Source: a virus (taxonomy: Duplodnaviria > Caudoviricetes). From it: a stretch of 61,323 bases of DNA. Shown here in pieces: positions 28,212-36,494 of the stretch. The notes beneath the pieces were generated by a model. It saw only the letters and a list, made by a program, of their open reading frames with translations, was not told the DNA's origin and made no database searches. The stretch lies in the IMG/VR virus record IMGVR_UViG_3300044714_000062, positions 1 to 61,323 of that record, one strand, 5' to 3'. The stretch's first letter is position 1; every line of letters starts with the position of its first letter. The translations under genes were made by a program, and so were the position numbers.

Positions 28212-29320
28212 TATGCGAAGCCCATACGAGGGAGCAGAAATTTACCGCCCACTTCCAAGGCTGCAGGAGTCACGGGCGAAGGAAGTGAGCTAGGTATCGT
28301 CTGGCCTGTATTTCCTAGCGCAGCGGTCCGAGGGGATTGGATCTGCAAGTTGTTCTGGATTTCCCGGCTGTACAGTGAGATGCAGGTCCCGGACGTCACA
28401 ACCTCGCACAGAACCGCGTAAAGCAATTCAGGAGCCGACCCCGATTCAATTTGGCTTTCTAGCTTCAAGGCGCATGGCGTATTGGCTTTCAACGGTACAT
28501 TTGTCGCTGAAGTAAAGTCAGCGCTGTGCCCGAGCAATTCATATTTGGCGTTGAGTACAGCGACCCACAGGTGGGTTCGTTTGGTTGGTTCAGTCTCCAG
28601 GGCATCCACAGCGAAAACTACGGCATTGATTTTCGTTTTAGGCGATGTAGGAATCGCCGCCAACACGGGAGTGCCGCTCGGGACCGCCAGGGCGGTGATC
28701 GCAGCAGCTCGCGGGCTCGCAGCATCGTTGTTCGCGACCTCCGCCCGTTCTTCGTTCGTTCCGGCTTCGGGGGTTGTATAGGTTTTAACGGCAGACAATC
28801 GCAGCAATACAAGAGGATTGAAGCCTTCGGACCCCGTTTCTCCCTTTTCGCCCCTCGGTGAGCACAGGATCGCCCAATGGGCACCCCCGTCCATCGTGAG
28901 GAGCACATAGGTGTTCTGTTCGTTCGGCCCCGTGTTAGTCGCAGGGAGAGGCCCGTTGAGGACCGTGAAGGCGTTGGATACCGCGATAGCGTGACCACCC
29001 GCGGCGTTCTGGGTGACCTTCGCGAGCACGACACTCGTTTCCGGCCTGGCGCCCGTCGGGGGCACCAGCGTGACGGCACCCTTGGCGACGTAGGTATGGT
29101 TCTCGACGTAGGTTGTCCCTTCGGTGAGTGACGGGGAGATTTCCCCTTCGACTTCGCCGTGTGATTTGGTGAGGCCGGTATCCACCGAACTCGGCAGCGG
29201 TATCGCCCCGCTAGTCACCTGCGCGGCCAAAGCTTCTTCGGCGGCATTCAGGTTCTGCCGGTCGAGCGCGGTCGGTTCCGGTTCACCTTTGTTTTTCCAC
29301 GGGAAGACGGAAAGCGCCAT
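28211..29320 (-). CDS. Accessory fibre protein (anchor + short collagen-like stretch + beta domain)
   Basis: N-terminal WKN..TALDRQNLNAAEEAL; GEKGETGSEG. Confidence 0.65.
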   Translation of the reverse strand: MALSVFPWKNKGEPEPTALDRQNLNAAEEALAAQVTSGAIPLPSSVDTGLTKSHGEVEGEISPSLTEGTTYVENHTYVAKGAVTLVPPTGARPETSVVLAKVTQNAAGGHAIAVSNAFTVLNGPLPATNTGPNEQNTYVLLTMDGGAHWAILCSPRGEKGETGSEGFNPLVLLRLSAVKTYTTPEAGTNEERAEVANNDAASPRAAAITALAVPSGTPVLAAIPTSPKTKINAVVFAVDALETEPTKRTHLWVAVLNAKYELLGHSADFTSATNVPLKANTPCALKLESQIESGSAPELLYAVLCEVVTSGTCISLYSREIQNNLQIQSPRTAALGNTGQTIPSSLPSPVTPAALEVGGKFLLPRMGFA

Positions 29321-29324
29321 CGGG

Positions 29325-29741
29325 TTACACCAAGGTCAGGGAGAGAACTTCCGCCGCAATAGACGCCGGGGTCTGAGTAGTCGAGATCACCGTGGATGCG
29401 GCGGTCCCCCACATGATGACGTTCCCTTTGCCCGTTTCTTTATTGTCGCACACCGCCCACGCGATGATCGTCGAAGTGCCCCCGGTACAGGCGGCAAACG
29501 TAAAGGCTTCTTTGTTGTTGATCGAACTCGGCGTCCCAGCGACAGCGGAGTTCAACACCGACGCTGGAACTTCCTTGCGGGCATACCCCGTGTAGGTCGC
29601 CTCTGTGATCGTGGCACCCGTGTTGCTGTTAGTCGGTACCACGGTTAGCAACGCCAGCCACATCACGGGCAGTGTGAGTTCTTTCTTCCCCGACACATGT
29701 TCAAGGGTTTTTGTCGCGTACGCTTGGCTGAAACCCGACAT
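29325..29741 (-). CDS. Small Ig-like virion fibre subunit
   Basis: WLAL.T..P..TEA.Y.GYAR..N..FTF..I..WAVCD..GN..WG pattern seen in phage neck/head-fibre modules. Confidence 0.7.
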   Translation of the reverse strand: MSGFSQAYATKTLEHVSGKKELTLPVMWLALLTVVPTNSNTGATITEATYTGYARKEVPASVLNSAVAGTPSSINNKEAFTFAACTGGTSTIIAWAVCDNKETGKGNVIMWGTAASTVISTTQTPASIAAEVLSLTLV

Positions 29742-29744
29742 TGC

Positions 29745-30089
29745 CTAGCCTCCGATTCCGATTTGTACAGGCCCAGGGGTCTGTTCATGGTCCGCCAGTG
29801 CTGGCGCCCCAAGGGCATCCAAGCCGGCCTCTGTCATCTTCCACCGGCCATCCGTCTCCTCCGCCAGACCCCTCTCTCGCAGCCCCCCTAGGAAGGCTGC
29901 TACCTGGTCTTCGGTGCGCCCCGGGATACTCCGATCTCCCAGCAGTCGCGCCGTCAGCTCCCCCACGCTGTACGAGCGGACGCTCTCCTTCGCTCCGCCA
30001 TCAAGCTCCGCCCGGATAAAAGCCTCCTCGTCCGCAGCCCAGACGGGGAGATGACCCAGGACCCGACGCTCGGTATCCGATGCGAACAT
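29745..30089 (-). CDS. Winged-helix-like hypothetical protein
   Basis: L..L.ERGLA..DGRW.MTEAG. Confidence 0.55.
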   Translation of the reverse strand: MFASDTERRVLGHLPVWAADEEAFIRAELDGGAKESVRSYSVGELTARLLGDRSIPGRTEDQVAAFLGGLRERGLAEETDGRWKMTEAGLDALGAPALADHEQTPGPVQIGIGG

Positions 30090-30101
30090 TTGGCCTCCTA
30101 G

Positions 30102-30461
30102 CTAGATAAAAATGACTTGAAAAGTGTCCGGCGGCGACACGGCCCTGAACCGCAGTTCTGTGACCCCGGACGCCAACGGGAGCGAGAAGAACCCCTGTGC
30201 GAGCATCGCCAGCCCCGTATCCCCACTGTCGAGGTTTGTACGCAACGTGACCTGCGACACTTGTTCGCCGCCGATCGTGAAGATCCCCGCGACCTGCACC
30301 GCTTCCCCCGGCACCCTCACCACAAAGTCCGTGTTGGGAGCGAGTTCGCAGTTGATGATCTCGCTGATCGCCGCTTTCCCCGAGACCGTGTTGGGGCCTA
30401 CCGTAACCTGGCCGATCAACAGGCCGTCAGCCATGCCGCCCAAGGTAAGACTGCCAGCCAT
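30102..30461 (-). CDS. Putative virion beta protein
   Basis: Beta-rich; head region. Confidence 0.55.
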   Translation of the reverse strand: MAGSLTLGGMADGLLIGQVTVGPNTVSGKAAISEIINCELAPNTDFVVRVPGEAVQVAGIFTIGGEQVSQVTLRTNLDSGDTGLAMLAQGFFSLPLASGVTELRFRAVSPPDTFQVIFI

Positions 30462-30772
30462 CAGGGTCCCTCGATACGGATGATCGGTTCATCGACGAGG
30501 CCGCGCCTCCGCGCGTCCCGGCGACAGTACCGTTCACACTTCGCCACCAGCCGTTCGCGCGACCTAGCACTCTTCACGCCGTTCTCGGGGCACCCGATCC
30601 CCACGATGATCGTCGCCCACCACGGGGACAGCCATGAGCCATAGTCCCTGTGGAGGCGGATCGTGTACCGGCCCTCCAAGATGCGGATGACGCCGGGCGC
30701 TCGTCGGTCGCGGTACGCGACCACATTCTCTGGGGGGCGCGCGGGCATCGGGTTCCCCTGGAGTGGCATCAT
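30461..30772 (-). CDS. Hypothetical protein
   Basis: Coupled ORF with RBS. Confidence 0.45.
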   Translation of the reverse strand: MMPLQGNPMPARPPENVVAYRDRRAPGVIRILEGRYTIRLHRDYGSWLSPWWATIIVGIGCPENGVKSARSRERLVAKCERYCRRDARRRGLVDEPIIRIEGP

Positions 30773-31047
30773 GCGACCTCCTCCATGCACTCAGGGCACC
30801 TCGCCGCGATCACGTCATGCTCACAGCGCGGCATCGGACGGCGACCCCGGCGCGGCTTCTCGGGGACCACTGTCTCCATCACAGTCGCGTCCTGCGTGGT
30901 CTCCATAGCCGTCTCCCCCACGCCCATGCGGGCGAGTTCGACATCCATATTGCGGACAATGCCGCGATCCCCGCGAGCCCGAGCGTTAGCCCGGGTCTCG
31001 CGGAACATCGCTATCTTCGCGGCACGCCCTGTCTCAACTACCCGCAT
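30769..31047 (-). CDS. Small protein with C-terminal CxH/CxxC
   Basis: Typical post-capsid small gene. Confidence 0.5.
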   Translation of the reverse strand: MRVVETGRAAKIAMFRETRANARARGDRGIVRNMDVELARMGVGETAMETTQDATVMETVVPEKPRRGRRPMPRCEHDVIAARCPECMEEVA

Positions 31048-31049
31048 CG

Positions 31050-31715
31050 CTACTTGAGGAACACGACAGGCGCGGCGGCCTGGAGCGTGAACGTTTCCAG
31101 TTTCGCCGGGGCCGTACCGGTTGCCGAGAGCGCCGTTTTGAAGCACGGCAGCGGGGCACCCGAGAACCACGGGTAGTGTTTCGCCCCGGACGACGCTTTG
31201 GTCAGCGCCGTAGCCGCCGTTTCGATCGTTGCCAGCCCAGGGACGGCCGTGGATGCCACCGCGTACAGTGACACGTACAGCCACCCATGCGGTGCGTTCC
31301 CGGGTTCGACCAGGACGGGTTTTTCGAGTTCCGCTTCATATGTTTCCGTTTTCCCGATTAGCGTTGCACCCGTAGCGTCTTTGCTCTGGGCCAACAGCGC
31401 GGGGAGGGTCGTGTCTTCCCCGGACACCAATGTGGAGAGTCCGGAGTACAGGGCGACGAAAAAGTGTTCGCCGCCTTCCGTGGATGCCGAGGTCGAACGA
31501 ACCCCGATCTTGTTGATTTCCACCCCATACGGAAGGGCGATCGGGACCGTTGTGATTTCAGCCGTTTTCAACGCGGCAGCAGTCGCAACCATCGCGCTAC
31601 CGGGTGCAGCATTTGTCCACATCGGGACATCGCTCTGCGCGATGTTATTCTGCTGCCCCCAAATGCTCCACAGGGGGTTCTGCTGCGGAAACCGTCCGCT
31701 GACGAGATCAGACAT
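31050..31715 (-). CDS. Capsid decoration-like protein
   Basis: Own RBS (AAGGAG) right after the capsid stop; beta-rich; VALY..LLAQS resembles the C-terminal domain of 28211-29320. Confidence 0.6.
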   Translation of the reverse strand: MSDLVSGRFPQQNPLWSIWGQQNNIAQSDVPMWTNAAPGSAMVATAAALKTAEITTVPIALPYGVEINKIGVRSTSASTEGGEHFFVALYSGLSTLVSGEDTTLPALLAQSKDATGATLIGKTETYEAELEKPVLVEPGNAPHGWLYVSLYAVASTAVPGLATIETAATALTKASSGAKHYPWFSGAPLPCFKTALSATGTAPAKLETFTLQAAAPVVFLK

Positions 31716-31725
31716 GTCTTCTCCT

Positions 31726-33480
31726 TTAGAAGGCGTAGCCGCCGAGGGTCGGTTCGGTCGGGGCAGCCGAGAAAGACGTGCCCACCTTGAACGGTTTCCC
31801 GCCAGCGAACTGCAACGACGGGCCATAACGCACCAGCAGCGCAATGTACGCATACACCTGGAACCGGATCTGCAATGTGCCGGACACGACCTCGGGCAGC
31901 ACCCGGGCGCGGAGGTCCGACTCGAAGAACCAGATGTCATCGAACTTCGCTGTCAGGCAGTACGAGAACAGTTCGGAGCCCGATGTGATGAGGGCTTCCA
32001 CTGCTTTGTTCGCTGCCGCGATGATGCTCGCGGAGCTGCCGGTCGCTGTGCTGTTCGCGGACGGCAGGATCGGCGGGATGTTCGCCGACTGGTACACCGA
32101 CGGCCCGAGCGGGGTTTTCAACAGGAACCCCTCAGCTTCCGTGTCCGCCGCGAGCTCACCCGCAATATTGAAGTTCGGGAAGTCCGAGGCGTTGACGAGC
32201 AGCCGTCCCTTTTCCGATTCGGTGTCCGTCGCCGACGCGAGGTACGCGCCGAACGCCGGGTTGATGACATGGTGGACGTTCTGGACGTTGAAGCGTTCCT
32301 TAGCGATATGCGACCAGTTGGCGCCCATCGCAGCGAACATCACCTGCGGTGTGAGAGCCGACGTGGATTCCCTGCGGCCCGCTTTCCATTCGTTCGCCCC
32401 GGCGCCAACCGAGGGGAACAGTCCCCGGATGGTGCCGGCGTTCAGGGTCGTGTAGTTCAGGCCCTGCCCGTAGGACACGTTCTGGTCGAGCTTCAGGTGG
32501 TAGTCCGCCAGCAGGTCTTCCTGGACGACACGGTCGAACACCTGGCCGGGAGACTGCTCGATCAACTGGATCGCTACGTCCTCCTGGCCCGCCAACGTCT
32601 TCACGGCAGCTTCGACGTATTCCGATTCGATGTCCCGTGAGGCGACCCCGGCGTTATCCGCGAGCTGCGGTGCGACTTCCGCGCCGAGCTTGATCTTCGG
32701 AAGTTTGATCGTGTCCGTCCCCAACGGCACCGGCATATTGCGGCACAGGGGGGCAATGACACGCCCAGCACGAAGCGCCGGAATGAAATCGTCCTCCACG
32801 AGCCACAATGGCGGCACGAATTCCCCGCCGGAGCCGGGGGCACGCGACGGGTTGGCGCGCTGTTCAAACGCCCGACGCTCAAACGGAGAGGTCGTCAGAT
32901 CGCCACTGAGGCCGAGACTGGTTCGGAACTCACGCTCCGCGGCCTGGAGCTGGTCTTCCGCCGCGCGCTGTGCTGCTTTCTCGCGCTTCTCGACGGTCTC
33001 CTCCATCATCTTGCCGTGCCGCTCGCGCCGTTCGTCCGCCGCAGCCCAACCGCCGTCCGGCTGGAACCGGCCCCGCAGACTGTTCTCCGAGCCGATCAGG
33101 TCGCGGAAGAAGCTGACCTCGTGCGCGTTGTCCTTGCGATACACCATCGGCTCCGAGATAACTTCCGCGTCGATGGTGTGCGCGTCCGCAACCTTGCGGC
33201 GCTCCGCGCGTTTCTGGAGAGTGTCGATTCGCTCGTTGATCGCTTTGTCCTGGCGATCGAACTCGCGGCTTTCTGTTTTGAACTCTTCCTCGGCGGCGTT
33301 GTAAGCGTCGCGCTCCTCCTCGGAGGGCCGCTCGTCGTCCTTCTCTGCTTTCATCCGCTCGTCGAACTCGACGCGCTCCTTCTCGCGGCTGTCGATCAGC
33401 TCATCCCATTTCGTGCTGATCTCCGCACGCTGGTCTTTGAGCCCATCGAGAACCGTAGGCTCCGCTGTTACTGTAGCCAT
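31726..33480 (-). CDS. Major capsid protein, HK97 fold, with N-terminal scaffold (delta) domain
   Basis: Charged coiled-coil N-terminus; GGEFVPP; IKLPK; KTLAG...VAIQLIEQS; RFQVYAY. Confidence 0.92.
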   Translation of the reverse strand: MATVTAEPTVLDGLKDQRAEISTKWDELIDSREKERVEFDERMKAEKDDERPSEEERDAYNAAEEEFKTESREFDRQDKAINERIDTLQKRAERRKVADAHTIDAEVISEPMVYRKDNAHEVSFFRDLIGSENSLRGRFQPDGGWAAADERRERHGKMMEETVEKREKAAQRAAEDQLQAAEREFRTSLGLSGDLTTSPFERRAFEQRANPSRAPGSGGEFVPPLWLVEDDFIPALRAGRVIAPLCRNMPVPLGTDTIKLPKIKLGAEVAPQLADNAGVASRDIESEYVEAAVKTLAGQEDVAIQLIEQSPGQVFDRVVQEDLLADYHLKLDQNVSYGQGLNYTTLNAGTIRGLFPSVGAGANEWKAGRRESTSALTPQVMFAAMGANWSHIAKERFNVQNVHHVINPAFGAYLASATDTESEKGRLLVNASDFPNFNIAGELAADTEAEGFLLKTPLGPSVYQSANIPPILPSANSTATGSSASIIAAANKAVEALITSGSELFSYCLTAKFDDIWFFESDLRARVLPEVVSGTLQIRFQVYAYIALLVRYGPSLQFAGGKPFKVGTSFSAAPTEPTLGGYAF

Positions 33481-33605
33481 GATCCTTCCTTTCGGGAGAT
33501 GCCCCCGATGGGGGCTTGGGTGGTTATCTCCGGGCGGTGCTCGACTTCAGGCGGCGGTGCGCGTGTAACGGCGTCCAACGGCCATCGCGGAGTCCAACGC
33601 GGGTA

Positions 33606-34787
33606 CTATGATTCGGCTTCGACGAGCGATACGCTCGCGTTGTTGTTGTCCCAGACATTGCCCGACCAGATGAAGTTTGCACCCGATGGGCAATAGGACG
33701 GTTCGCTTACGGTCGGGCAGCCCCAGATACTTTGCGAGCCGCCGCGCGGGAAATAGCCATATTCATCGAATCCTTGATTCCATTTGCCGGTGTTCGCGCC
33801 TTTGCAGAGGTAGTCACCCCCCGAGGTTCCTTCGGCACCGAGGCAGCGAGCAAAACGGTTGCCTCTGATGACCGCCGTAGAAGTACCAGCGCCGCTGCTC
33901 TTGACTTTCCCGCACATCGAGAACTGCTCTTTCGCGCCAGCGACCAGGCTTTCTTCGACGGTCATGTGGTCTTTGCACGCCGGTTTCGTTTCTTCGTTGG
34001 TGTTCAGGAAGATGATCGCGACGTTGTTTTCGGGGTTCAGCAGCGTGTCCTTCTTCGCGACCACCGAGGTTTCGTTGGCGTACCAGTCCTCGCGGTGCTG
34101 CGACGCATCCGGGAGATCGGCGTTCGCGAGGATATAGCTTTCCTTCGCTTCCGCTTCGCCCAACAGGCACTCGACGCAGGACCGGAAGACGTCTTTGGTG
34201 ACTTTGAGGTTCGAGTCGCCCCCGCTGAGGTTTTCGCCCTTCACGCCGTCATCGATATATTCGGTGTTCTGGTGAACACCTTCGACCGTGGAGTTTTCCA
34301 GTGTGAAGACCGTCGTGCCGAGGATCTGGATGACCGCCGTCCCGTCTTTCGGGACATCCGCCTTGAGGCAGTCCTTGTTGAACAGCCACCCGCTGCCCTG
34401 ATTTTCCAGGTACACCGAGCCGCCTTCGGGGACCGAAATGTCCTTTTCTTTGACTTCTTTATGGCTCCCCAAGTAGCTTTCGAGTTCCACGAGGGTCATG
34501 CTCGCCAGTTCGGAGCATTTCTTCCCCGTGGCTGCTTCGGCCCCCACGTTTTCAGGGGACGGGAACGCCCCGCCGGCGAGCGGGCCACTCGTACAGCCAG
34601 TGAGGCGTGTGGTGCCTTCCGTTTCGGGGTTCTCGAAGCATCCAGTGTGCGTCGTTTTGACGACGGGGTTACAGACCCCATGGGCGCCCACCACGCACGG
34701 TCCGGGGTTGACTACATCCCCATATCGCTTCCTCGCCGCACACCCCGATAGGCCGACCAGGATGGCTAGCAGTATCACCCAGCGCAT
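33606..34787 (-). CDS. Lipoprotein with right-handed beta-helix (polysaccharide lyase/hydrolase-like)
   Basis: Lipobox LSGC; stacked beta repeats (LENSTV, VEESLV, IRGNRF, WSGNVWD). Confidence 0.65.
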   Translation of the reverse strand: MRWVILLAILVGLSGCAARKRYGDVVNPGPCVVGAHGVCNPVVKTTHTGCFENPETEGTTRLTGCTSGPLAGGAFPSPENVGAEAATGKKCSELASMTLVELESYLGSHKEVKEKDISVPEGGSVYLENQGSGWLFNKDCLKADVPKDGTAVIQILGTTVFTLENSTVEGVHQNTEYIDDGVKGENLSGGDSNLKVTKDVFRSCVECLLGEAEAKESYILANADLPDASQHREDWYANETSVVAKKDTLLNPENNVAIIFLNTNEETKPACKDHMTVEESLVAGAKEQFSMCGKVKSSGAGTSTAVIRGNRFARCLGAEGTSGGDYLCKGANTGKWNQGFDEYGYFPRGGSQSIWGCPTVSEPSYCPSGANFIWSGNVWDNNNASVSLVEAES

Positions 34788-35086
34788 CAGACCTCTACGA
34801 CCGTCAGCGTGCTATTGCTAGAAGCAATCGCAGTAACGGAGCCCGTCCAGACCATGGGGCCTATCATTCCGTTCCAAGAGCCGCCTTCCTTGGCGATCAG
34901 AATCCCTTCTTCTGCTTTAGCCGTTTTACCTAGCCCGAGGTAGATCGCGTTAGAAGAAATATTGACGAACTGGCACCCGTTGCGGTTTTCGTTCGCTTTT
35001 AGGACTTCTTTACTCGCGGATTCTACGACAAAGGTATTCGGGCTCGACGTCGTTACTTCACTAATCCTGTCACCTACTTGGGGCAT
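34787..35086 (-). CDS. Small jelly-roll-like virion protein
   Basis: VL.AN.NR....VN....IYLG....GI pattern; coupled to the second capsid gene. Confidence 0.6.
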   Translation of the reverse strand: MPQVGDRISEVTTSSPNTFVVESASKEVLKANENRNGCQFVNISSNAIYLGLGKTAKAEEGILIAKEGGSWNGMIGPMVWTGSVTAIASSNSTLTVVEV

Positions 35087-36285
35087 CACTTGAACCCTTC
35101 TACTGGCGTCATGCCAGTACCGACAAGCTTGGAGACACCCGAAGGGTACCGGCCGAGGATCGCCGCAACAGTCCTGCGCAAAGCGAACCGCACTTCCAGG
35201 GTTCCCGAGAGCACATCCGACTCGATCATCGTGACGGGCGCCGAGTCGAACAACACCATGTCCTTCGGGCGCAGCGCGAAGATCGCATCCTGTTCTTTGG
35301 TAGCGCCGTACACGGGCTGGATCGCATCATCCAGGTACACGCCGACGCTCGCAAAGCCCGCATTAGGAAAGTCGGAGTCAGGATAGTCTTCAATACTCAG
35401 CGGCCGGTTCGAGTTATCCTCAGAGGTCGCTAGCCAGAAGAAGCGGCTCGTGTTCACCACAAGCGCTTCCGGTGGTTTGCGGCGTTTCACACCGACCTGG
35501 GCGAGGATTTCGCCGATCTTCGGGACCATCGCGGTCCCCGTGGGCGACCCGCTCGTGTACACAACTTCGTTCGTCCCGGAGAGTTCGATGAGGCCATACC
35601 ATTCTTCGTATTTAGGCCCCAGCCCGTTGATAAACGCTTTCTCCACATCGAAGTCAGACGACTCGAACATGTCTTTGAAGACCACCCAGTCCAGGTGAGC
35701 GCCAATCGGGGACTGCTCCAGGCTCTCGATAGGCCAGTCCGAGATACCCGCAAAGATCACCGCGGGGGACGATGCCGCTTCTGTCGTGAACCCTAAGCTA
35801 TCCACCGGAGAGTTCGGGACCTGTGTACTGACCGTTGAGCCCGTGATGACCCTCGGCAGGTTCACCGACGACACGCCCCTCGGCAGGTCGAACGTCGGGA
35901 TTAGGCGCTGCAATACGGGGCTCGACCGGCGAGCCGTCGCGAACATCTCGTTCACCCACCACGGCGGGGCGAACTCGCCGCCATATCCGATCTTCAAAGA
36001 CGGGTTCACGCGGTACTCGAACTCCGCGCCCTCCAAGCTCCGCGTCTCGTACTTCGGCATCGCGTCCATCTGGCGCCCATGCTGCGCCAGGCGCTCCCGG
36101 GCGGCCGTGTTGCCGCCATAGCGCGGTTCAGCCAGCGCCAGGTCAGACAGGTAGCTGCGGCCGTCGAACTGGTACACCAAGGGCTCCCGGACATGGCGGT
36201 GCGCGTTCGCCTCCGCGGTCTCCGCAAGGGCGCGCTCCTCCTGGGTGGGCTGCTCCTGTAGACGCTCAGCGGTTGTGGTCTCCAT
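35086..36285 (-). CDS. Second HK97-fold capsid paralogue
   Basis: EPLVY, NPS..GYGGEFAPPWW, VNLPRV, AG..D..IE.LEQSP, VLSGTLEVRF are collinear with 31726-33480. Confidence 0.88.
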   Translation of the reverse strand: METTTAERLQEQPTQEERALAETAEANAHRHVREPLVYQFDGRSYLSDLALAEPRYGGNTAARERLAQHGRQMDAMPKYETRSLEGAEFEYRVNPSLKIGYGGEFAPPWWVNEMFATARRSSPVLQRLIPTFDLPRGVSSVNLPRVITGSTVSTQVPNSPVDSLGFTTEAASSPAVIFAGISDWPIESLEQSPIGAHLDWVVFKDMFESSDFDVEKAFINGLGPKYEEWYGLIELSGTNEVVYTSGSPTGTAMVPKIGEILAQVGVKRRKPPEALVVNTSRFFWLATSEDNSNRPLSIEDYPDSDFPNAGFASVGVYLDDAIQPVYGATKEQDAIFALRPKDMVLFDSAPVTMIESDVLSGTLEVRFALRRTVAAILGRYPSGVSKLVGTGMTPVEGFK

Positions 36286-36494
36286 CACTCCCCCTCCGTC
36301 TGGCGTATGCAGAGCATGATCGGCTCGCCATTCCTCGGGCACGGGCACCAGTGGGTCATCGGCGGTTCGCCGTCCTCTAACTCCAGCGGGAAGGTCAGCG
36401 GTTTGAAGGTCAAGCCCTCGTGACCGTCGCCGTGACACCGCGCGCACCCTTTGATGCTCGTTTTGATGGGCTCGGGCAGCTTGATCGCCTCCAT
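36285..36494 (-). CDS. Small zinc-finger protein
   Basis: CARCHGDGH...WCPCP. Confidence 0.55.
   Translation of the reverse strand: MEAIKLPEPIKTSIKGCARCHGDGHEGLTFKPLTFPLELEDGEPPMTHWCPCPRNGEPIMLCIRQTEGE

Noticed and set aside
9475-29741. Diversity-generating retroelement acting on fibre genes
   Set aside because: No reverse transcriptase and no template/variable repeat pair seen
31050-31940. Capsid-decoration fusion by frameshift
   Set aside because: The downstream gene has its own AAGGAG RBS and ATG at 31715; no convincing slippery site identified
31198-32640. Long plus-strand ORFs (also 15497-16693, 36420-37571, 59222-60484)
   Set aside because: Antisense shadows of well-supported minus-strand genes in high-GC DNA
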